60,742 nt of DNA, from assembly GCA_010015585.1 (NCBI GenBank), contig ML975182.1; one strand, written 5' to 3'. The notes under the pieces were generated by a model, which was not told the DNA's origin, made no database searches, and saw only the letters and a list, made by a program, of their open reading frames with translations. A program made the translations under genes and the position numbers. The DNA is from Eremomyces bilateralis CBS 781.70 (lineage: Eukaryota). How positions within the stretch are numbered: position 1 is the first letter of the stretch; every line of letters starts with the position of its first letter. Shown here piece by piece: positions 12,396-23,653 of this stretch.

Positions 12396-13180
12396 ATGGA
12401 CGACCAACAACAAGAAGTATTTTCGCTCGAGCTAACACCTGATGCACTCTATTTCCGGGTCAATAAAGAGAATCGTGTTGTCTATGTCTCCCTTCATCTA
12501 GACGTCATCCTAAACAATTGCCCTTGAGATCGAGCCGAGCGGTATACTGTCCTGCAGCACCTGAAGAAGTTACCAAATTGGGATCGTACTTCGGCGCACT
12601 TTGACCATGACAAAAAGCCCCTCTGGCAATTTCAGATCAGCAATTCCGATATTTGGAAAATGAGTTCGAGCCGCATCACTAGGTTCCCCTGCCTAACTTC
12701 GCACCGAAAGCCAAAAACATCAACATTCTCGACACAGTGAATATCGAGCGGATTAGTGGCAAGGTCTCCTTAGCCTCTTATGAGGGGAGACAGTTGATTG
12801 AAAAGATTGCCCCGATTCAGTTGGGAAGTTCTGAGCCTCACGAAGGAGATAGCTGCCTACGGCTTTCTGCACAGCCGTTGATTCAAGGACATGCCGGAGT
12901 TCCATGGCTATCTATATGAAGAAACTGAGGACCACATCGTAGGATTTCTCACCGAGGTCCTCATCCACAGCTAGAGCAGATGCATCTCTGCTGACGTGCT
13001 GCCCGCCAACTGCATAGCTTGGGATTCGTTCATGGAGACCTCTACAAGTACAATATGGTGCTACAGGGTAACGATGTGAAATTCATCAATTTTGAAGCTT
13101 CAGAAGTTCGAGATGATTGCGAGAAGAAAAATTCGAGAGATCGGTGTTGTTGGAACTGGCTACTTTGGGCAAGAAGCTAG
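12396..13180 (+). pseudogene. Decayed fungal protein-kinase-like gene
   Basis: ATG 12396 (MDDQQQEVFSLELTPDALYFRV...), in-frame TGA at 12525, frameshift near 12810 (KIA/RFSWEVLSLTKEIAAY), TGA at 12879. Then FHGYLYEETEDHIVGFLTE, catalytic-loop LHSLGFVHGDLYKYN (~13013-13055) and a DFE-like KFINFE. Confidence 0.7.
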
Positions 13181-14147
13181 CTGACACCTCCGGGATTGGA
13201 GACTACGACATGTCTTCTATTTGATGCATATACGGAATAGTTGGGGTTATTGAGGTTACTGGGAGGCTTGCGGGTAAGGTAAGTTGAATGCAAGCAAGCA
13301 GTGCTATCCCTAAGTGTCTCCTTGCATCCCAAACGGATTTTCCAAAAAGGCATTCCATAACTATCCACCATGCCCGAAACATTGAACCACAGCATTCATT
13401 CCATTCCATGGGAGCCCGGTATTTAGTCAAACACGTTATTGGTGATTACGAAGAACAACGCAACCCTTAGAGTACAGGTACCCAGTACTACGTGCCTATA
13501 AAGTGCATCTGTCTACGATTCACTCCTCGGTCGCCATGAATCTCCAACTTACCCACGTCCTTTACGACCCGTACTGGAAGTGAAGAACCTGCTCTAATAA
13601 CTAGAGACTTGCAACTTTCTCACATTGTACCTGTATAACCGAACCCTACATCCGGTGGCTGAAGCCTGGGCTGACGTCCAATCCCAGTTGAATGGATAGA
13701 GGACTGGCAATATAGACTAAATTGCGCACTCTCCAATCGAAAGTGAGAATGAGATTAAGCTAACCATTATAATGAATGAGATGAGTTTAGGGTTGGGTAC
13801 AAAAGGCCTAGATGAGGTCGCTTCCGCTCTTCGGAGCTTTTTTCTTCGATCCCGCAGGATATCCCTTGCAATCCCCACATCTTGGGATATTTGTCGAAGC
13901 ATCGGGCACTATCCTACTGCCCTGCTATAGAGTGGATGTCAGCCATCACTATAGTTCTCCTGACGGTGAATGTAGCCAAATTGACGCCACAGATATTTGG
14001 ACTCGATCAGGGCAGGAAAGCTGCCTCGGGACGCATGGAAGTAAAGGTCCTATACGCGACTATATAGGGAGTATAGCGTCTCGTATCCTATCAGTCATTA
14101 CCACATTCCATTCTCTCAAGTTTTTACTAAAAGTCGCTCTTTTCATC

Positions 14148-14900
14148 ATGAAGACCTCTATGATTTTAGGAGTTGCACTACTCCTTCTTCCGGCAAGCTT
14201 CGCGCTGCCGGAGCCGCAAGGTAACCGCGGTGGTGGCAACAACAACGGCGGAGGTAGACCTGGAGGTGGGAACAACAACGGCGGAGGTAGACCTGGAGGC
14301 GGGAACAACAACGGAGGCGGAAGGCCTGGCGGCGGGAATAACAACGGGGGTGGCAGGCCTGGAGGCGGAAACAACAACGGGGGAAACTGGGGCGGCAACA
14401 ATGGCGGCGGGAATTGGAACCCCGGCCGCCCTGGCGAAAACAACGGCGGCAACTGGAACGGCGGCAACAACAACGGCAACGAGATCTGGGGCGAAATCAT
14501 CGGCGGCATCGCTGGCGGTATTGCCGAAGGCTGGTCGGAGAACTGGAGCGGCCGACAGGGCGGCTGGAGCCCCCAGGGTCTCGGCGGCTGGCGTCCCGTC
14601 ACCGCGACGAAGACCGTGACGCGGACGGCGAACCCGTGGCGCCCCGACCCGACGGCGGCGCCGACGGTATACCAGTACTGCGACCGAGATAGCGCGAGCT
14701 GCGCGGAGGGGGAGTACTGCGTGGCGAATCCGCGGAGCAACTGCGGGGCGGAGTGCGATCAGTCGAATATCTGTGTGGAGCCGGAGAATACGTGCGGGGG
14801 TGCGGAGGGGGTGGAGTGCGCGAATCAGATTTGTGTGGATGATGACGCATATTGCTTTGTGGGTGCGGATGGGGGGGAGTGCCTTGGGGTTTGTGTTTGA
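14148..14900 (+). CDS. Secreted Gly/Asn-rich repeat protein with a C-terminal 12-Cys domain
   Basis: ATG in good context (CATCATG); signal peptide MKTSMILGVALLLLPASFA-LP; GGGNNNGGGRP repeats; Thr-rich linker; two 6-Cys modules ending in ICV and VCV. Confidence 0.85.
   Translation: MKTSMILGVALLLLPASFALPEPQGNRGGGNNNGGGRPGGGNNNGGGRPGGGNNNGGGRPGGGNNNGGGRPGGGNNNGGNWGGNNGGGNWNPGRPGENNGGNWNGGNNNGNEIWGEIIGGIAGGIAEGWSENWSGRQGGWSPQGLGGWRPVTATKTVTRTANPWRPDPTAAPTVYQYCDRDSASCAEGEYCVANPRSNCGAECDQSNICVEPENTCGGAEGVECANQICVDDDAYCFVGADGGECLGVCV
14229..14384 (+). repeat. Coding minisatellite, 33-bp unit (GGGNNNGGGRP) x4 plus a partial fifth
   Basis: Directly visible tandem units with synonymous differences (AGA/AGG, AAC/AAT, GGN). 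Confidence 0.95.
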
Positions 14901-15406
14901 AAAGGGGTATGAGGGGCAGTCGAGGGGTTCTATTCTGGCGGTCGACTTGGTCGAACTAGTGCGCTTATTTGAGTTTAAAGTGGCAGTGAATATAGTGGGA
15001 TTGGAGGTAGTCAATGGGGAATCATAATGCAAGAAAGTTAATCTACAAAAAGAGTCATATCCGTGCGTCTGGATCTGCCGGTTTAGCGGCTGTGATTTTG
15101 GTGGAATATGCAACATGCTATCTACGTGACTGTCCTGATGATGCCGTCCTCTTCCAAGAGCAGTGACTTACCGTAATGATGTATCCGTTCGTTATTCAGT
15201 ACAACCCTCCATTCCCCCCTCCACTATTTTCCAACTCACAACCCATCTGATCCAAAGAATAGCAGACGTGACCCTGTCATGACATAAAAACGGGGTATAT
15301 GTGAATACAAAGACCGACTCCGTAGGAATGGTTCCAGACCGCATTGACATGTAGCAAATTTTCCCGTGGCCCGGGAAGAGACTTGACAATGGGGCCACCG
15401 CGGCTC

Positions 15407-18400
15407 TTACTTGTTGTTCAGCATCGTCGTAATGCTATGCCACTTCTGCTTCAACGTTTCGTACTCCGAATTGATCTGCCCGAAGATTAGCCACCCCAAA
15501 CTCCATAAAACAGTCAATCCGGCGTTTACTCACCTGTGCATACCCCATCTTCGCCTCCACCAACTCCTTCTCCATCTCCGTCATCTGATCCTCCAGCGCC
15601 CGATTCTCGTTATGCACCTCGATATTCCGATGCATCACCTTATCCATATCGGCCTTCAACCGCGCCTCCACCTCCTCCGTCTGGCTCGCTACCACCTTCT
15701 TCAACTCCTCCACCTGCCCCTTCAGACTCTCGTTCACGTCTTCCAGCGTCTGATTCTCGACCTTGATGCGCACGAGCTCCGACGCTGCAAGCACGTGTTC
15801 GTGGTCCGATTTCTCGGCGTCTTCCTCGAGTCGGCGGACCTTTGCGCTGAGCGTGTGTCCCTGTGAGCGGAGGGTCTCAAGCTCCGTCTCGCGCTCCCGT
15901 GTCTCCCGCAGCTGCTCTTTCCATTCGGCGGAGTAGGTGCTGAGCATCTTTTCGGTGACTGGGATGGCGCAGGCGTCGCGAACAAGCTCTTCGGCGCGGT
16001 AGATTTCGCGGTCGGCGCCGGAGCCACTGGAGCCGAAGAAACCGGAGTCGAGCAGGCTGCTCGCGGAGGGGGCCTTGTCGATGTATGCGTCGACGAGGCG
16101 TTCTTTGAGGAACATAGTCAACTGCGACATGTCGTGCATGCCGAGCAGCAAATCCCGGTTCTTCTGCATCAGGGCGATGCCGAATTTGAGAACGGACGCT
16201 TCGAGGCCTTCGGAGAGGATGAGGTCGTAGATCCGTAGCACGAGTTGAAGGGGGAAGCGGTATGCGAACAGGGTGAGAAACCATTGGGTGGCGTAGAGGT
16301 TCGGTGTCGCGCCGCGTCGGTTGAGGTGGCAGTACAGCGCGGGCTCAAGGTCCTCGAGGAGGCGGGCGAATTGGTAAAGGTGGAGGTGGAGGCCTGGCAT
16401 TTCGGGGGCGAAGAGGTCGCGGAGGTGGTAAGTTTGCATGAGACGAACGAGGAGAGCAAAGGCTTCTTCTTCTGGCATCTGCGCGAGTTTGTCAGTACCA
16501 TATTTCTGGACGTACCGAAATTAGAAGTGGTAAAGGGATACTCACGTTGAACAATAACGGCATCGCCACAAAGTTCATCCCCTGCGCATACCCGACTTCG
16601 CCGTCATACAAAGCATACGCCTTGCACACACCAAAAAGCCCTTCCTGCAACCCCGCCGCCATGAGGTATTTTGAATAACTCGTCCTCGCGCCAATATCCT
16701 TCCGTATCGTTTTCTCCAATTTCCGAATCATTTCGGGATCGTCTTTCTCCTTCTCTCTCCCTGGCAAGAGAGGCACCGATGGCTTCTTGGCCGCAAAGCT
16801 AAGCTTCTCCCGCAAATTCCGCACATCGAAGCCACTGCTAGTCGACTCGTGCGGAGGCGCCGTACCCGGACTCGGTTGTCCCGGCCCGATTATCTCGCTC
16901 ACGCTGCTCCCCGAGCTTTGCACGCTCCCGTTGGCCGGCACGCCGTTCCCCGTACTCTGACTCCCTGCCCGACTCATCGGCGCGCTATCGATTTTCTCCT
17001 TCTCCTTCTCTGTCCCCTTCGCTACCAGACCCCAATACATCTGCGCAAGGTCCTGTAGCCCTTCTACGCCTGGACTGGGGTCAACCCCCGAAAGCACCTG
17101 CCACACCACCCCTCGTATCGTCCCGGGAATCCCAAGCGCGATGCCCTCTTTCATCTCTTCAGGACTCGTCCGCGCCACCGCCGCGGGCCCTTCATACACT
17201 ATCGACTGCCACAGATCCCAGTCCACCGGTCCGGATTTCTCCGCTTCTGCCAGCCCTGACGCGGTGCCGGGCGGTAGCGCCCGATTGATTGTCTGGACGG
17301 AGCTAATCGACATACTCCGCTGGGATTTGGCTGGGGGTGTTGGCTGCGTCGGGACCGAGGAGGGATCATCGCGTTCTTTGTCGGGGGACATGGCGCCGCC
17401 GGGCTGGCCGCCGTGTGCGATTCCTAGGCCTGATGCTGTCGTAGAGTCATCCGACTCAAGGGATAAGATATTGACGCCGGCTTCTTCCTGCATTCTCAGG
17501 AGCTTGAATCGGTCGCGGAGCTTGCCGCGGGAGTTTTGTGCGGCGGGGGTGGTCGGCGACCCTTCCTCAGCGAGGCGGGAGAGGTGGGAGAGGGGTACGT
17601 CAGGGTTGCTGCTAAGTGTGGTGGTGGAGCTGGCGGTGTTGCGGCGGCTGCCTGCGGTGTCTATAGGTCTAGGGAGGGGTGGAGATGGGGTGGAGGGCTT
17701 CGGACTGGTGCGGGAGAGCCAGGAGAAGGGGGCAGTAAGTTTTCGGCTGCCGAGGGAGGGGAATGGGGATGCGGAAGACGCTGTGGATGCATGTTTGTCC
17801 GGGGTGGGGGGTGCTTGTGCATTCGTATTTGTATCGTTTGCGGCGATGTTAGATGGCATGGGTCTTAGTGGGAAGTCTGTCGTGGAGGATGCCGGTATAG
17901 GTGGTGGAGCAGACGAAAGCTTGACTGGAGTTCCAAAATATTAGCATAGGCGATTTAGACGAACGGGTTTGAACATGTCGCATCCCCTCTGCAGCAGTGA
18001 TTGACTTGCGGAGACAGCGTGCGAGACTGTCATGCACTCATTTACCCAACCCCACCCAAGTCCTTGACTCCGACAGGAACACACTAAAAGAATCTTCACT
18101 CACCTTCATCAAGACTGACTTCATCCATATCCGTCACCTCGCCATGATCGCCACGGTCGCCATGGGTCGTCAACAGCGGACTCTTCTGCGGCGCCTCCAC
18201 TTCTACCCCGTTCCCCCCCGCATGAGCGCGCCCCTCGAATTTGGCGATTTTGGCAGCCGTGTTCTCCTTTGAAAGGCTTCCGTTGCCTTTATACAGTTTC
18301 CTCGACCCCGACGACGTGCTTCGGTCTGTTAGGCTACGCGACGTCTTGGGGGAATTCGAATGCGGACGAGGCGTGATATCGGGGGCATCTTCGAATGCGT

Positions 18401-18455
18401 CTTCCGTCGATTCCGGAGTGGTTGGGCGGAGCTCCTTGCGGGTTGGGGGCGCCAT
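15407..18455 (-). CDS. GYP5: Rab GTPase-activating protein, TBC domain + C-terminal coiled coil (Gyp5-like); about 4 exons
   Basis: GIPGTIRGVVWQ, IRKDIGART, VGYAQGMNFVAMPLL, EEEAFALLVRLM and YATQWFLTLFAYRFPL, then a coiled-coil tail. Last exon INSEYETLKQKWHSITTMLNNK* ends at 15407. Confidence 0.9.
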
Positions 18456-19429
18456 CGCGGTCAAGGATCCTTGGATTGTCGTACGTGTATTTTGAGGAGC
18501 GGGACGTTTTGATACGTCGCGTAATCTGATGTTGATTGGCCTTCAAGAGGATACCTATGGTCCAAAATTGAAATGGATCGTGTGGGATATAGAGGAACGG
18601 AAAATCGAATCGATGTGCAGGACCCGCTGGCTGTTAGAATCGATTCCTATATTCTGCGAAGGGCCGCGTCAGTCACTCCGATGGCCCTCTGGAATGGTCG
18701 ATTCAATCGAACATCGTGACACTGACCCGGCTAGGGTGAAGGGTGGTACAGGAAGGGTCAATAAACGTAACCCCCCGTTCGCATATTATCGCCAACTCCT
18801 TTCCTGTCACACGAGAGCTGATTGGGAACGTACTTACACATTACCCCTCGAAAACGTGTTCTTCTCTTGTAGTAAACCAAAGACCAGAATCCCAAACTCG
18901 AGTTTTGTGTATGGTGTAGCAAGAGAGATGGTTCGACGTCGAAACTGAACCCTTTCCGATGCTACACACGTGCTGTCCTGTAATCGAGTGCCGTGGGTCC
19001 CCAAATATCAGCGCCCCAATGGCTGGACCTTTGGATCGGAGCGGCAGCCACAGACGGCGTGGCACTAGGCTCGATCGTGCAGTGTTCCCTTGGCCCTTGC
19101 AGCTTCTGGGGAAGATCCAACGGTCAAGCTGACAGTTGATAGGACGCAATACTAATATTTTGGAATGGATGGCATGAGGTAACGTCTGCAGGAGGACAAT
19201 TGGTGTTTGATAAGGTCACGGGTTTCGAAACAAGATCCGACGATCTTAAGACTGGATCCAGGAATTGGAGTACGCTGCACAAGCATCCAGAGTTGCATAT
19301 GGAATTACGGGTGGAGCGTTGGTTGTTCAACATGAAACACCCGACTTGCCCGGAAACAACCAACTATTGGTGCCTGACAGCCTGAGGCGGCAAGACCTTG
19401 AGACTTAATCTTCCAGTTCTTTGTCCATG

Positions 19430-19489
19430 TCTCAAGTCTCGAGTTCTCAAGTCTCGAGTTATCAAATCTCGAGTTATCAAATCTCGAGT
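19430..19489. repeat. 15-bp tandem repeat x4 (T[C/A]TCAA[G/A]TCTCGAGT)
   Basis: Two TCTCAAGTCTCGAGT units followed by two TATCAAATCTCGAGT units, about 110 bp past the trpB stop. Confidence 0.9.
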
Positions 19490-19601
19490 AGTACGGTACC
19501 CTATTATCCTATATCTTTAAGGTATTCTAAATGGCATGCTTTTGTCTTTCTTTTTAGACTATCAAACTGTTTCTGTGTAATCATATAAAGGTCATGATCC
19601 T

Positions 19602-21975
19602 CTAAAACCTCAAATCCCAACCAATCACCGGTCCCAGCTTCGGCAACTCATCCGCCACGCTCTGCACATCCTTATCCCCTCGTCCGCTCAGGCAAATCAC
19701 CACATCCTTCCCCTTCCCCAGCTTCTTCGCCAGTTGCATCGCACCCCAGATCGCGTGGCTGGTCTCCAACGCTGGGATGATCCCCTCCAACTGGCTGAGT
19801 AGCCGGAATCCTTCCAACGCCTGCGCATCCGTCGCGGCGATGAACTCCGCCCGGCTGGCGTCTTTCCAGCTCGATAGTTCAGGGCCGACGCCGGGGTAGT
19901 CTAGTCCAGCGGATACGGAATGCGTGTCGCTGATCTGGCCGTGTTGGTCCTGCAAGATGTACGTCCGTACGCCATGCAACACCCCCTTCGACCCGCCCAC
20001 CAACGTCGCCGCATGCCGCGCCGTATCCGTCCCATCGCCACCCGCCTCCACCCCCAACATCTTCACGCTCTCATCCTTCGAGAACGGATAGAACATCCCC
20101 ACCGCATTGCTTCCGCCCCCCACGCAGGCCACCACCGCATCCGGCAACTTTCCCTTCAACGCCATCAACTGCTGCTTCGTCTCCGTGCCAATGACGCTCT
20201 GGAACGTGCGCACGATCGTCGGGAACGGATGCGGGCCGATCGCGCTGCCGATGATGTAATGCGTGGTGCCCAGCTTGACCACCCACGCCCGCAACGCCTC
20301 GTTGACCGCGTCCCGCAGCGTGCGCGACCCAGCCTCTACCGCCACCACGCTGGCACCCAGCAGCTTGATCCGGAACACATTCAGCGCCTGCCGCCGCACG
20401 TCCTCGGCGCCCATGAACACCGTGCACTTCATCCCGAATTTGGCGCACACCGTGGCCGTGGCCACGCCGTGCTGCCCCGCGCCGGTCTCGGCGATGATCT
20501 CCGTCTTCCCGAGCCGCCGCGCCACAAGGATCTGCCCGAGCGCGTTGTTGATCTTGTGCGAGCCCGTGTGGTTGAGGTCCTCGCGTTTGAGCCAGAGGTT
20601 CGCGCCGCCGGCGTGTTCGGTGAGGCGGTCGGCGAGATGGAATTGGGACGGCCGCGACATGTAGGGGTAGTAGGAGCGGTATTCGTCCCAGAAGGTCGGG
20701 TCGTGGAGGCAGGCGTTGAAGCCGGCTTCGAGCTCGCTGAGGCAGTCCATGAGGGATTCCGGGACGTATTGCCCGCCGAATTCGCCGAAGCGTGGAGGCA
20801 GCGCGCCGGCGTGCGTGACGTTCGGGTCGTTGAGCGCTTCTAGCTCATCGACCGGGCCGGGTTTCCCGTTGTTATCCTGCTCGGTGATGACCTTGTCGAC
20901 CTGGGGGGCCGACGACACCTGTGCGTCGGCGACCGCTTCGCCCATGGCAACTTCGCGGGTCAAGTCGCTATCGGTCGTCATAGTTACCTTGCGATTCGTG
21001 ATGCTGGAGCAATACTCCTCCACCGCTTTCGCGTGCTCGCCGGCCGGGGCATTCGCGATGGTCGTGATCATCTGACTGCCGATGACGACACCTTCTGCGA
21101 TCGAGCCAACTTCGACGAATTGTTCGCGCGTGCTGACGCCGAAGCCCACCGCGGCGGGGACGTTGCCGGAGTAGGTGTGGACCCGCTCGAGCAGGTCGGG
21201 GAGGCCCTTGTTGAGGGAGCCGGTGACGCCGGTGACGCCCATTCGGGAGACGACGTAGATGAAGGAATCGGCAATTTTGCAGAGAAGCTTCATTCGGGAT
21301 TCAGAGGTGGCGGGGGCGATCAGCGGGACGTAGGAAAGGCTAGGAGCATGGTCAGATAACGAGCCGGACAGGCCAAGGACAGATCGAACACATACCCAGC
21401 CTTCGTACAATAGTTCCTAAACCGCACCGCTTCCTCTGGGGGTAAATCCACGATAATAAACCCATTGACACCCGCCGCTTTTGCATCCGTCATCATCCGA
21501 TCCTCTCCGTAAGCCAGCAGCGGATTATAGTATCCCATGAGCAACACCGGGGCCTTCAACCCCTGTTTCCGCGCGCCGCGGACGATGTCCAAACACGTCG
21601 TGGTGTTGACCCTGTTCTCCAGCGCTTGCGTATTCGACTTCTGAACCGTCGGTCCGTCCGCAATGGGGTCCGTGAACGGCATGCCTAGCTCGATGATATC
21701 GGCGCCACCGGCTTCCATCCCTAGGAGAATGGAGATGGAGTCGTCGATGGTGGGGTAGCCGGCGGTTACGTAGGTAACGAAACATGGCTGTGGGGGTATT
21801 TGTTAGCAGTTGTCTTTGCTAGCATCAATTGAGCGTTGAGAGAAGCGCCGCAGTCTCCAATGGCTGCGAAGAGACAATAGGTAAAGATAGCGGAGGGTAA
21901 GAAGCAAGGCGCCGCGGGTCGACTTACCCGTTTCTCCTTCGCACATTGTGCGAATGTCTGTTTAATACCTTCCAT
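19602..21975 (-). CDS. trpB: Tryptophan synthase, fused alpha-beta (fungal TRP5/TrpB); 3 exons
   Basis: Alpha domain: [38 protein letters not shown]. Beta domain: [26 protein letters not shown] (PLP lysine), [28 protein letters not shown]. Confidence 0.98.
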
Positions 21976-22065
21976 GATGAGATTCAATGGCTCCAATTGA
22001 GGTCTAATTGGCAATTGGAATTCAATTGGAAATTCTGAGGTTGGGAGAGGTATAAATGTGATGGA

Positions 22066-22341
22066 TGACTCGAAAAATCGATGACTCTACAGAGCCGGCG
22101 GGACAAAATAATATTGAGGGGAGGATTTGACATGACTCGTGTGACGCCGATCTCGCTGCTGGCTCCTTTGGATATCTGACTCGCGGATCCTTCCTCATCC
22201 CTTTCTCGGCACCAAGGCCATTAACTATATTCTGGCATGTCACTAGTTATACATTGCCTGTAATAGCACGATAAACGATTACGTCTGATGTCTAATAATT
22301 ATTCCGTGCATGTCAGCACATCGGAGTATCGATGATGACTC
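22066..22341. promoter_or_regulatory. Cluster of five TGACTC (Gcn4/CpcA-type) elements upstream of tryptophan synthase
   Basis: TGACTC at 22066, 22082, 22133, 22177 and 22336, all in the same orientation, within about 370 bp of the trpB ATG. Confidence 0.65.
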
Positions 22342-23653
22342 GGGCGGGATTGCACAGCATGGCGTGTATACTCCGTAATTAGGTAGGACGAGATGAGCGA
22401 ACATAGAACCATGGGAATTATTACTCATCCTGATGGAACACATTACACAACTCCTCTAGGTGCGCAACTGGTCAGCGTTATTCACTCCCGTATTGCTCCA
22501 TCCCGAGCTCTCATATGGCTAGAGAATGGTACTCGCATACATACAAAGGTACTATCTCGGCCACTTTAGGTTCGCATGTGAGTGTGTGTGGCTTGTTGGA
22601 AACACGACCGCGGATTTTGGCAATGCAGTACCTATAGTCGCCTCTCATGCGTTGATATATTGTGCAACCTACGATAAGGCCGTAGTCCCTGGATCCTTCC
22701 GCCCTCCCCTATTTCTATTTCTTCAGAGTTCACGCGAGTCCTAACGCAGGTCAATCATTTTTCAAAATATGGTGTTTATTTCCCTGTGATTTCGGAATAT
22801 CTAAATTCAGGGTCAAGTCCCTTTCTCTCGGTTACGTCGACCCGTTTCTGGACTCTCCCATATTCTCCAGGATCCAGCTCTAATGTCCAGTTCAATCAAT
22901 GTCCACTAGCTTGCGCGTGATTTTGTTTTATCACGGAAATTTTCTCTAGCTTACGAGTGTTTTATTTTAAAATTTTCAAAGTATCATCAAATCCAACGCC
23001 ATGGAGCGGCAGTAGATCCGCGCCGTATGCCTGGGCCGCGAAGACTTGCTTCATCGGGATATCCGTCACACGACGACCGCCAGGCATGCCGCCGGCTCAT
23101 TTCACTACTGGATACTTTGACGAGATTATTTGCATGCTCTCCTCTCTGATGAGCGATTATCACGCCGCCCTGGCTTGCTCAGCCTCTTCAAGACTTTAGT
23201 ATGTTTCGCTTGGTCGAAAAATCACGCATCTCGATCGGGTTTAGCGGGTCGAGAGTCCGCCTTCCAGCTTTACTATAGGTTCCTTTGTGCCCAGTATGCT
23301 AATGCCCTTGGATTTGTTCCCCCGAATAAAATTGATTATCAAAGATATCCCGCGCGTAGCGATTCGAAAATCTGGTTAACTAAGGGCCGGGTCATCTTGC
23401 GTAATTCCACGAGCAGCAAACCATTGTCTCCTTTGGGGGCAAAATGCCTCATACTGTGCTGTTATGACGGCCATCAAGATTTGCTCCAGGAGGAGACAGG
23501 TTGATTATCTGCATGTGTGCTATTTAATCAAGAGGCATATTGCACCCAGGTATTCGGTGTGAAGTTCACTTGGGATTATTTTGTCTTTTAGCTGTTGCTC
23601 TTGTGCCATCTACTCGATTTGTTGGAGCGCCGACTCTCATTGACGCCTCCTGA

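Noticed and set aside
13812..14147. N-terminal extension of the 362-aa ORF
   Set aside because: The signal peptide and good start context are at 14148; the upstream frame looks non-coding.
19920..21359. Long plus-strand ORFs antisense to trpB (similar ones lie opposite GYP5, RasGEF and the paralogues)
   Set aside because: Shadow ORFs caused by high GC3 codon bias of the real genes.
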